Source of the DNA: an uncultured Candidatus Saccharibacteria bacterium
GTDB taxonomy: Bacteria; Patescibacteriota; Doudnabacteria; UBA920
Direction: 5' to 3'
Length of the DNA stretch: 57,503 bases
Assembly: GCA_964520505.1 (NCBI GenBank)
Contig: CAZFQP010000005.1
Span: 1-57,503 of the forward strand
Shown: positions 50,331-57,503 of the stretch, piece after piece
Layout of the letters: every line of letters starts with the position of its first letter
Numbering within the stretch: position 1 is the first letter of the stretch
Notes under the pieces: model-generated
What the model was told of the DNA's origin: nothing
Seen by the model: the letters and a program-made list of their open reading frames with translations, nothing else
The model's database searches: none
Made by a program: the position numbers and the translations under genes

Positions 50331-51457
50331 TGCATACATCAATTACCGAATACCGAACCTGGATAGAAATATCACGCGCTGCAATTAGGCATAACTATCA
50401 AACTTTTCGCCGGCTAATAAAACCAAAAACTAAGCTTATGGCCGTAGTTAAATCTAATGCTTACGGCCATGAGCTAATTGGATTTGCCAAGGCGACGGCG
50501 GCTTTAGGCGCGGATTTTTTAGGAGTTGACTCTATTACCGAAGCCAAAAGTCTAAGAGAAGCAGGAATAAAAAAACCAATTTTAGTTTTAGGCTATACTT
50601 TGCCGATCCATTTTGGTTTGGCGGAAAAAAATAAAATATCCTTAACCATTTCCAGCGCCCAGGGTCTTTCGGCGCTCATAAACAGCGGGAAAAAAGTTTC
50701 TATTCATTTGAAAGTTGATACAGGAATGCACCGCCAAGGTTTTTTTGCTAAAGACCTGGGAACAATTTGTAAGCTTATTAAACAGCACCAAAAAATTTCT
50801 GTTGAGGGTTTATATACTCATTTCGCCAGCGCTAAAAAACCAGACTCTCACAAAGAGACAGAAAAACAAATTACTATTTTCAGGCAAGCTATAAATCAAG
50901 TTCGAGCAGCGGGTTTGCACCCAATCGTCCACGCAGCCGCAACTGCCGGAACTTTAAATTATCCGGAAGCCCATTTTGACATGGTTAGAATCGGCATTGG
51001 GCTATACGGCCTTTGGCCATCTCCCGAAACCCAAAAAGCTCTTGGTAAAAAATACCCGCTAAAGCCGGTTTTAACTTGGAAAAGCATTATTTCTGAAGCA
51101 AAGTGGGTTGAAAAAGGGGAGAAAGTAGGTTATGATTACACGGAAACCCTTAAAAAAAGGTCTTTCTTGGCGGTTGTGCCGATAGGTTATTGGCATGGCT
51201 ACTGGAGAGCGTTTTCCGGTAAGGCTTATGTGTTAGTAGGCGGCAAGAGATGTAAAGTAGTTGGCCGGGTCGCTATGGATATGATTGTGGTTGATGTGAC
51301 ACAAGCAACTTCAACTAAGGCAGGGGACGAAGTTGTTTTGATTGGGCAGCAGGGCAAAGAAGAAATTTCTGCAGGTGAATTGGCTAAATTTGCAGCAACA
51401 ACACATTACGAGGTTGTAACCAGGCTAAACCCGCTAATAAAAAAACTTTATCTCTAG
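50330..51457 (+). CDS. alr: alanine racemase
   Basis: PLP-lysine motif AVVKSNAYGHE, plus VDTGMHRQGF and a C-terminal beta domain. ATG at 50330 overlaps the previous stop (TAATG); the track start at 50261 lies inside the upstream gene. Confidence 0.92.
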   Translation: MHTSITEYRTWIEISRAAIRHNYQTFRRLIKPKTKLMAVVKSNAYGHELIGFAKATAALGADFLGVDSITEAKSLREAGIKKPILVLGYTLPIHFGLAEKNKISLTISSAQGLSALINSGKKVSIHLKVDTGMHRQGFFAKDLGTICKLIKQHQKISVEGLYTHFASAKKPDSHKETEKQITIFRQAINQVRAAGLHPIVHAAATAGTLNYPEAHFDMVRIGIGLYGLWPSPETQKALGKKYPLKPVLTWKSIISEAKWVEKGEKVGYDYTETLKKRSFLAVVPIGYWHGYWRAFSGKAYVLVGGKRCKVVGRVAMDMIVVDVTQATSTKAGDEVVLIGQQGKEEISAGELAKFAATTHYEVVTRLNPLIKKLYL

Positions 51458-51459
51458 CC

Positions 51460-51491
51460 AAGCACTGTATTACTTTCTTGTAATACAGTAA
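51460..51491. repeat. 32-nt hairpin repeat, copy 2 (identical to 16997-17028)
   Basis: AAGCACTGTATTACTTTCTTGTAATACAGTAA lies 2 nt after the alr stop codon. Confidence 0.9.
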
Positions 51492-51519
51492 GGGAGAACG
51501 AAGATAAAAAATAATTCAA

Positions 51520-51595
51520 GCCGGCTTAGCTCATCTGGTAGAGCAGCGGTATCGTAAACCGCAGGTGGTCGGTTCAAGTCCGACAGCCGGCTCCA
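51520..51595 (+). tRNA. tRNA-Thr (anticodon CGU), CCA encoded
   Basis: Hand-folded cloverleaf: acceptor GCCGGCT/AGCCGGC, D-arm GCTC/GAGC, anticodon arm GCGGT-AT CGT AA-ACCGC, T-arm GTCGG-TTCAAGT-CCGAC, discriminator T, then CCA. Confidence 0.9.
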
Positions 51596-51616
51596 CTCCA
51601 TAATTAACTTATACAT

Positions 51617-51943
51617 ATGGACACAAATTCAATTTTTACTTTTGACTTCTCAAATAAGGAATATTATCAGCAAAGAGCAGGTAGAAAATGGTTAGATTTT
51701 TGTTTTGGCATAGTTGTTGGTCTTTTTATTGCTTTTTTAATGGCTTACCCGGACTTTTTTTCAGTTAAATCCAATGATATTTTAAATATGGTCATTCCGG
51801 TTGCAACTTGGACAACTTTAACCTTTGGGTTTTTATTTTCAAAGAGAAAATTAATTTCCGTCGGCTTGATTGTCTCCTTGCTTTTAGATGTAGTAATTTT
51901 TTTGAGCATTTTTGCTTATGGTTTTTCACACTTATTACAATAG
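51617..51943 (+). CDS. hypothetical 3-TM membrane protein
   Basis: 108-aa ORF with hydrophobic segments FCFGIVVGLFIAFLMAY, VIPVATWTTLTFGFLF and VGLIVSLLLDVVIFLSIFAYGF. Confidence 0.5.
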   Translation: MDTNSIFTFDFSNKEYYQQRAGRKWLDFCFGIVVGLFIAFLMAYPDFFSVKSNDILNMVIPVATWTTLTFGFLFSKRKLISVGLIVSLLLDVVIFLSIFAYGFSHLLQ

Positions 51944-52001
51944 GTTAAATTAAATAATACCCACATCGTCCATTACTCCTAATCCCTATAAATATATAAA
52001 A

Positions 52002-52607
52002 ATGCAAGTTCCTAAATCAGCAAAAAAAGTTTTTAGCGGGATAATTTTTGAAGTTTACCAATGGCCGCAGGAAATGTATGACGGCAGCGTGGCTACTTTT
52101 GAAAAAGCGGTTAGGCAAAACACGGTTGTTATAATTCCTACAGTGGGAAACAAAATTATGATGGTAAAACAGAAACAGCCTGGCACAGACTGGTTTTTTG
52201 ATCTGCCGAGCGGGCGAATGGATAAAAAAGGCGAATCCCCAAAAAATGCTGCTTTGCGAGAACTTTTGGAAGAAACCGGATTGAAACCAAAATCTATTAA
52301 ACTCTGGCGAACTTACAGCCCCAGCGGAAAACTGCAACAAACTATTTATTTTTTTGTGGCCCAAGATTGTAAAAAGGTGACGGAACAAAAACTCGACCCC
52401 GGTGAAAACATTATTCCGTTTTTAACAACTTTCGATGAGTTTTTAAAATTAACCGACAACCAGAGGTGTTTTTTAGGACCGTTAATGATTGACGCTCTGC
52501 TTGCCCGAATCCATAAGGAAAATTACGACTATTTGCGCAAATCCTTCTTCACACCATGGGAAAAACCTCTTCCGCTGCCAAAAAACGGACCCAAGAGCAA
52601 TTGGTAG
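52002..52607 (+). CDS. NUDIX hydrolase (ADP-ribose pyrophosphatase-like)
   Basis: Nudix box GRMDKKGESPKNAALRELLEETGL. Confidence 0.8.
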   Translation: MQVPKSAKKVFSGIIFEVYQWPQEMYDGSVATFEKAVRQNTVVIIPTVGNKIMMVKQKQPGTDWFFDLPSGRMDKKGESPKNAALRELLEETGLKPKSIKLWRTYSPSGKLQQTIYFFVAQDCKKVTEQKLDPGENIIPFLTTFDEFLKLTDNQRCFLGPLMIDALLARIHKENYDYLRKSFFTPWEKPLPLPKNGPKSNW

Positions 52608-52639
52608 CAAAAAGTCAAGGGCTTAAAAAACAGCCAGTC

Positions 52640-52668
52640 TTGACAAAACAGGCCATTTTAGATAAATT
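52640..52668 (+). promoter_or_regulatory. candidate atp operon promoter
   Basis: TTGACA (52640-52645), 17-nt spacer, TAAATT (52663-52668). Confidence 0.4.
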
Positions 52669-52680
52669 AAACTCGTTCTA

Positions 52681-52959
52681 ATGGAAAATTATCCTCTTGA
52701 GCCTAAACCAAACAAGCCCACAAAAGACCCCAAGCAAAAGCTCTTTGCCATGCTAATGCTAGAAGCGGGTACTGAGTTTGCTTTTTTAATTGGAGGCCCC
52801 TTGGTTTTAGGGATTTTGGCGGGCAAATGGTTGGATAATAAGTACCACCATAATTTTTTTGTAATTATCGGCATACTCTTAGGTTTATTTATTACCTGCG
52901 TAGCGATTTACAAAAGAACAATGGATTATAAAAAGATGTTAGATAACAAGAATAAATAG
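52681..52959 (+). CDS. AtpZ/AtpI-like small membrane protein
   Basis: It has two TM helices (FAFLIGGPLVLGILAGKWLD; FFVIIGILLGLFITCVAIY) and lies immediately upstream of atpB. Confidence 0.6.
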   Translation: MENYPLEPKPNKPTKDPKQKLFAMLMLEAGTEFAFLIGGPLVLGILAGKWLDNKYHHNFFVIIGILLGLFITCVAIYKRTMDYKKMLDNKNK

Positions 52960-52960
52960 T

Positions 52961-53827
52961 ATGGCTTTAATTTTGCCGCCGTTGGCGGCCGAAGAAATAT
53001 TTAAAATAGGATCGTTTGGGGTAACCAATTCCCTTATTAATTCCGTAATTGCCACGGTCTTATTCGCCATCTTCGCCTTCTTTATTAACTTGGGCGTAAA
53101 AAAATATTATTCCAAAGACCAAGCCCCCAAAGGCGTGCTTAATTTTTTTGAAAGCATTCTGGAAGTTTTATTATCTCAAGTTGATGCCGTAACCCACGAC
53201 CGGAAAAAGACTTTAAAATTTCTGCCGATAGTTGGCGGCATTTTCCTGTTTATTTTAATTTCTAACTTACTGGGACAGCTCCCTGGCACCGGCAGCATCG
53301 GCATGTGGCATGGCCACGAATTAATTCCTTTCTTGCGTCCCGCCAATACAGACCTGAACCTGACCTTGGGTATGGCAGTTTTTGCAGTTATTTTGTCGCA
53401 CTTCGTTGGAATTTTTACCATCGGCTTTTTTAAGTACGCCAACAAATTTATAAAACTTGGCGATATTTGGCATGCGGTTAAAAGCGGCAAGCCTATAAAC
53501 ATAATGGTGGCCTTTATTGAATTTTTTGTCGGTTTGCTGGAAATTATTTCCGAAGTTGCCAAAATGGTTTCCCTGTCTTTGAGGTTATTTGGCAACATTT
53601 TTGCCGGTGAAGTTTTACTTACCGTTATAGCCTCGTTAATCGCAGGTTATGGAGCATTTTTAATTCCGTTACCATTTATGGTTTTGGAAATTTTAGTGGC
53701 GGTTATTCAAGCTATGGTCTTCTCTATTTTGACTTTGGTTTATTTGACTATTGCCACTACGGAAGTTCATGGCCACGACGAAGAAAAGCACGAAGAAGTG
53801 GTCATAGATAAAATTCCGGCGGTATAA
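52961..53827 (+). CDS. atpB: F0F1 ATP synthase subunit a
   Basis: LSLRLFGNIFAGEVLL (essential Arg helix) plus a multi-TM pattern. Confidence 0.93.
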   Translation: MALILPPLAAEEIFKIGSFGVTNSLINSVIATVLFAIFAFFINLGVKKYYSKDQAPKGVLNFFESILEVLLSQVDAVTHDRKKTLKFLPIVGGIFLFILISNLLGQLPGTGSIGMWHGHELIPFLRPANTDLNLTLGMAVFAVILSHFVGIFTIGFFKYANKFIKLGDIWHAVKSGKPINIMVAFIEFFVGLLEIISEVAKMVSLSLRLFGNIFAGEVLLTVIASLIAGYGAFLIPLPFMVLEILVAVIQAMVFSILTLVYLTIATTEVHGHDEEKHEEVVIDKIPAV

Positions 53828-53987
53828 ATACGTATCTGCGAATGCCTGCGGTATTTGTCCGCAGCTATTCGTAGATCTGGATTTAGTATCCCAGATCGAG
53901 TTAATAATTCACAGTTCGTAGCGACAGGGGACGTTAAACAATAAAAAAAAGTTTGTCCACCTAAAATACGAACAAAAGGAAACTAAT

Positions 53988-54209
53988 ATGGAAGCAGAAG
54001 CAGTATTAAACCTTGCCAAAGCCTTGGCCATTGCCGTTGGTGGTATTGCCCCAGCCTTTGCCATTGGTAAAATCGCCGCCAAAGCCATGGAATCCATTGG
54101 CCGCAACCCGGAAAGCTCCGACAGAATTTTCGTACCTATGCTATTAGGTATGGCTTTTGCCGAAGCTATTGCCATTTACGCTTTGGTTGTCACCTTTACA
54201 TTGAAATAG
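53988..54209 (+). CDS. atpE: F0F1 ATP synthase subunit c
   Basis: 73-aa hairpin protein with IGRNPE loop and the carboxylate helix MAFAEAIAIYALVV. Confidence 0.93.
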   Translation: MEAEAVLNLAKALAIAVGGIAPAFAIGKIAAKAMESIGRNPESSDRIFVPMLLGMAFAEAIAIYALVVTFTLK

Positions 54210-54276
54210 TTGGAAGCTAGTTTTAGATCTTTGGGAGGAAAATTTCTTCCCTTAGATTTACAACTTAACCAAAACT

Positions 54277-54360
54277 CTCTACTAAATACGAAAAAACTAA
54301 ACTACTAAACTTTTAAAAAATCGATTTCGTAATTTCGTTCATTTAGTATTTAGTAGAAAA
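54277..54360. repeat. ~85-nt imperfect-hairpin repeat, copy A (upstream of atpF)
   Basis: CTCTACTAAATACGAAA...CGATTTCGTAATTTCGTTCATTTAGTATTTAGTAGAAAA. The ends are reverse complements (TCTACTAAATAC / GTATTTAGTAGA). Confidence 0.85.
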
Positions 54361-54365
54361 CTTTT

Positions 54366-54932
54366 ATGATTGACTTTCACAATATTGCACAACTTTTAAT
54401 TCCTGTAGCTCATGCGGCGGAAGAAGCCGCGACAGAGGGCGGTATTGCCGGAACTTTTGGCATTGACTGGATGAAATTTATTGCTCAGTTAATTAACTTT
54501 GGCATTGTACTATTTATTCTTTGGAAATGGGTTTTCGGTCCGGTAACCAAAAAATTGCAGGAACGCACCGACAAAATAGAAAAGGCCATGCGCGACGCCA
54601 ACTCCACAGAAAAAGAAAAACAGGAATTTGCCGTGTGGAAACAGCAAGAAATGACCAAAGCCAAAACTGAAGCCAACAGCATAATTAACAGCGCGCAAAC
54701 AGAAGCCGGTAAAGTTAAAGAAGATATTTTAAAACAAGCAAAAGAAGAACAGTTGAAATTAGTTGAACTGAGCAAGAAACAAATTGAACAAGAAAAAGCC
54801 CAAGCTCTTTCTTCCGCAAAGTCTGAACTGGCAGATATAATTACCACAGCAACAGAAAAGATACTAAGGCAGAAATTGGACGACAAAAAGGATAAAGAAC
54901 TAATTAAAGAGTCGCTTAATGACATTAAATAG
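54366..54932 (+). CDS. atpF: F0F1 ATP synthase subunit b
   Basis: An N-terminal TM (FIAQLINFGIVLFILWKWVF) is followed by a long charged helix; its position in the operon fits. Confidence 0.88.
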   Translation: MIDFHNIAQLLIPVAHAAEEAATEGGIAGTFGIDWMKFIAQLINFGIVLFILWKWVFGPVTKKLQERTDKIEKAMRDANSTEKEKQEFAVWKQQEMTKAKTEANSIINSAQTEAGKVKEDILKQAKEEQLKLVELSKKQIEQEKAQALSSAKSELADIITTATEKILRQKLDDKKDKELIKESLNDIK

Positions 54933-54933
54933 C

Positions 54934-55018
54934 CTCTACTAAATACGAAAGACACTAAACTACTAAAACTTCAAACATTCGATTTCGTAATTTCGTTTAT
55001 TTAGTATTTAGTAGAAAA
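54934..55018. repeat. ~85-nt imperfect-hairpin repeat, copy B (downstream of atpF)
   Basis: About 85-90% identical by eye to 54277-54360. Confidence 0.85.
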
Positions 55019-55025
55019 AGGATAT

Positions 55026-55418
55026 ATGAAATATACACCTTTACAATACGCGCAAGCCCTATACGAAGCTGTCCACGAGACGAACGCCAAAGATCACGAC
55101 GTGGTTTTGGATAATTTCGTGAAAATACTGGCCCAGGCAGGGGACTTGAATAAATATCCTGAAATTGAGAAAGAATATCACCTTCTGGAAATGAAAGAAA
55201 AAGGGATATCCAGCGCCGAGGTTACCGTAGCTAAAGATATGGAAGTAAACGCAAATCTTTTAAAAGATTTGAATGAAATAATCGGAAACAAGTTAGAAAT
55301 TAAGAAACAAGTTGACGAAGGCATTATTGGCGGAGTTGTAGTAAGAGTAGACGATACACTAATAGACGCGAGTATAAAGACCCAATTGGAAAGTTTAAAT
55401 AAATCATTAAAAGAATAG
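55026..55418 (+). CDS. atpH: F0F1 ATP synthase subunit delta (short form)
   Basis: The call rests on its position between atpF and atpA, on YAQALYEA... at the N-terminus and on GGVVVRVDDTLIDASIKTQLESL at the C-terminus. It is 130 aa, shorter than typical delta subunits. Confidence 0.75.
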   Translation: MKYTPLQYAQALYEAVHETNAKDHDVVLDNFVKILAQAGDLNKYPEIEKEYHLLEMKEKGISSAEVTVAKDMEVNANLLKDLNEIIGNKLEIKKQVDEGIIGGVVVRVDDTLIDASIKTQLESLNKSLKE

Positions 55419-55586
55419 TGAACCCGACCCAGATATACGCCTGCCTACCGGCAGGCAGGGATGCATCCGAATCTGCAGATAACTTCGGACAGAACATCCG
55501 CAAGAATCCGTTGATCCGGATATAATCCGTAAATCAGGATCGGAATAAAATTTTAAATCTTATATCTTAAATCCTAAATTACTACT

Positions 55587-57083
55587 ATGTCACAAAATAT
55601 TGTAGAACAGCTTAAAACTAAAATCACTGCCTTTCAACCCGGAGCCAAAGTAGAAAAAGTCGGCACGGTTTTGGAAGTCGGGGACGGCGTAGCCCGCGTT
55701 TCCGGCTTAACCCAGGCTGCCAGCATGGAAATGTTGGATTTTGGCAATGACACTTTTGGCGTTGCCCTAAACTTGGAAGAAAACTTAATTGGCAGCATTA
55801 TTTTAGGTGATTATTTGCATATTAAAGTTGGCGACACAGTTCGCGCTACAGGTAAAATCCTTTCTGTTCCGGTAGGTGAAAACTTAATTGGCAGGACTGT
55901 TGGCGCACTTGGCAACCCGAAAGACGGTAAAGGCGCAATAGACGCCAAAGCCTTTTACCCGGTGGAAAAAATCGCACCGGGCGTAATTACCCGCCAAGGC
56001 GTTAGACAGCCCGTACAGACCGGAATTAAAGCAATTGACGCCCTTATTCCAATTGGTCGCGGTCAACGCGAACTTATTATTGGTGATAGACAAACCGGAA
56101 AGACAGCCGTGGCTGTAGACACTATTATCAACCAAAAAGGCCAGGATATGATTTGTATTTATGTTGCCATTGGTCAGAAAGAAAGCAAGGTTGCAAAAAT
56201 TGTCACTGAGCTGGAAAAAAATGGCGCCATGGAATATACAATTGTTGTTTCCGCTTCCGCGTCTGAGCCGGCGGCTTTGTCTTACATCGCCCCTTACGCC
56301 GCAACCGCTATGGGTGAATATTTTATGGGCCAAGGCAAAGATGTTTTGGTAGTTTATGACGATCTTTCCAAACAAGCTGTGGCTTACCGTGAAATTTCTT
56401 TGCTGCTCCGCAGGCCTCCGGGAAGAGAAGCTTACCCGGGAGATGTTTTCTATTTACACTCACGCCTTTTGGAACGCGCGGCAAAACTGAATCCGGATTT
56501 TGGCGGCGGCTCTTTAACCGCGTTGCCGATTATTGAAACCCAAGCCGGCGATATTTCCGCTTACATTCCGACAAACGTTATTTCCATTACCGACGGACAA
56601 ATCTTTTTGGAAACTGACTTATTCTATAAAGGTATTCGCCCCGCGTTAAACGTTGGTATTTCCGTATCCCGTGTCGGCTCCGCTGCTCAAACCAAAGCTA
56701 TGAAAAAAGTAGCCGGCAAATTAAAATTGCAGTTAGCCCAATTCCGTGAATTGGAAGCGTTTGCGCAATTTGGATCAGATTTGGACGAAGGCACCAAGCG
56801 CACTTTGGAACTAGGTAAAAGAATGAGCGAAATTTTAAAACAGCCTCAATATCAACCTTACTCTTTGGAAAAACAGGTAACTATTATGTATGCCGTTAAC
56901 AATGGCTTGTTTAACGAAATCCCCGTGGAAAAAATGCCGGAAACAGAAAAAGCCTTCCACAAATATATGGAAGTCCAAGGTAAAGATGTTCTAAAAGCCA
57001 TCCGGGACAGTAAAGAATTAACTGAAGATACAGAAAGCAAATTAAAAGAAGCCGTTAGCAATTTTTTGCAAACAGTAAAGTAA
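55587..57083 (+). CDS. atpA: F0F1 ATP synthase subunit alpha
   Basis: Walker [55 protein letters not shown]. Confidence 0.97.
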   Translation: MSQNIVEQLKTKITAFQPGAKVEKVGTVLEVGDGVARVSGLTQAASMEMLDFGNDTFGVALNLEENLIGSIILGDYLHIKVGDTVRATGKILSVPVGENLIGRTVGALGNPKDGKGAIDAKAFYPVEKIAPGVITRQGVRQPVQTGIKAIDALIPIGRGQRELIIGDRQTGKTAVAVDTIINQKGQDMICIYVAIGQKESKVAKIVTELEKNGAMEYTIVVSASASEPAALSYIAPYAATAMGEYFMGQGKDVLVVYDDLSKQAVAYREISLLLRRPPGREAYPGDVFYLHSRLLERAAKLNPDFGGGSLTALPIIETQAGDISAYIPTNVISITDGQIFLETDLFYKGIRPALNVGISVSRVGSAAQTKAMKKVAGKLKLQLAQFRELEAFAQFGSDLDEGTKRTLELGKRMSEILKQPQYQPYSLEKQVTIMYAVNNGLFNEIPVEKMPETEKAFHKYMEVQGKDVLKAIRDSKELTEDTESKLKEAVSNFLQTVK

Positions 57084-57181
57084 ATAACAAGATTGACCAT
57101 GGCCGAACAAAAATGACAAGAATTCCTGCACAAAATCATGTCAATCATTTAAATCTTATTTAATCTTGTTCAATACCCCTT

Positions 57182-57503
57182 ATGCCCGGAATTAAAGAGC
57201 TCAAAACCAGAATTAAAAGCATTCAAAGCACCCGCAAAATTACCCGCGCGATGCAGATGGTTTCGGCTGCCAAAATGCGCAAAGCACAAAATGCCGCGCT
57301 AAACAGCCGCACATATTCAGACCTGGCTTGGGAGCTAATTCACAATCTGGCGCAAAAAACCCACTTGGAAAATCCGCTTCTGCAAGTTTTCCCCGAGGCT
57401 ACCAAAACCGGCATAATTGTTATTTCCACAAATAAAGGTTACGTTGGCAGTTTTAATACTAACCTGGCCAACAAAGTTACCGAAACCGAAACTGCCGTAG
57501 AAA
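57182..57503 (+). CDS. atpG: F0F1 ATP synthase subunit gamma (partial, runs off window)
   Basis: MPGIKELKTRIKSIQSTRKITRAMQMVSAAKMRKAQ is the canonical gamma N-terminus. Confidence 0.9.
   Translation, partial: MPGIKELKTRIKSIQSTRKITRAMQMVSAAKMRKAQNAALNSRTYSDLAWELIHNLAQKTHLENPLLQVFPEATKTGIIVISTNKGYVGSFNTNLANKVTETETAVE

Noticed and set aside
53176-56375. Minus-strand ORFs inside atpB (53176-53598), atpE (53909-54175), atpF (54485-54955) and atpA (55884-56375)
   Set aside because: All are antisense to canonical ATP synthase genes.
57084-57181. Inverted repeat AACAAGATT...AATCTTGTT in the atpA-atpG spacer
   Set aside because: It has short 9-bp AT-rich arms separated by about 70 nt. It is too weak to call on its own and is mentioned only in the context of the long atp spacers.
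1-57503. Alternative genetic code (UGA recoding as in some CPR lineages)
   Set aside because: All conserved genes are intact and full-length under code 11, and I saw no in-frame TGA interruptions.

Overview
This 57.5-kb window is AT-rich. Hand counts on single 60-nt lines give about 35-40% GC. All convincing genes lie on the plus strand except trxA and one doubtful 83-aa ORF. Standard code 11 gives intact ORFs throughout. Gene content suggests a reduced-genome Patescibacteria/CPR-like bacterium; this is my inference, and no database search was possible. The supporting content is a minimal mur/dcw cluster with a DUF4012-like gene, a pilin-like repeat protein, a sigma-region-4/HARE-HTH protein, a membrane protein plus VirD4-like ATPase pair, and many GC-rich hairpin repeats.

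The backbone genes are murB, hpf, secA, two NUDIX hydrolases, an ITPase, an M1 aminopeptidase, secDF and trxA. They continue with a DD-carboxypeptidase, mraY, a D-aminoacylase-like gene, murD, ftsW, a DUF4012-like gene, murJ, lepA and alr. The window ends with tRNA-Thr(CGU) and the atp operon (atpZ-B-E-F-H-A-G).

Two regions look accessory:
- Bases about 118-11750 form an 11.6-kb island between a Mur-ligase gene fragment and murB. It carries DUF3800, RadC, a type I R-M operon (hsdM-x-x-hsdS-hsdR), several small nuclease-fold and membrane proteins, and an ArsR regulator. The ArsR gene and the hypothetical gene upstream of it are bracketed by three copies of a perfect 24-bp palindrome.
- Bases about 29240-30700 form a strongly GC-enriched two-gene island between the DD-carboxypeptidase gene and mraY.

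The best candidate for an undescribed system is a tightly packed pair nested between hsdM and hsdS: a small multi-TM protein (3761-4204) and a ThsB-like TIR protein (4209-4901). No known Thoeris effector domain (SIR2, SLOG or Macro) is visible anywhere in the window.

Other notable signals:
- a G8 tract and a 12-bp x3 repeat inside hsdS
- a palindromic repeat element inserted in frame in murD
- a small upstream ORF whose last codons form a terminator arm ahead of secA
- long structured intercistronic spacers in the atp operon, including an ~85-nt hairpin repeat on both sides of atpF

All family assignments come from motif recognition by eye, and all coordinates were counted by hand.
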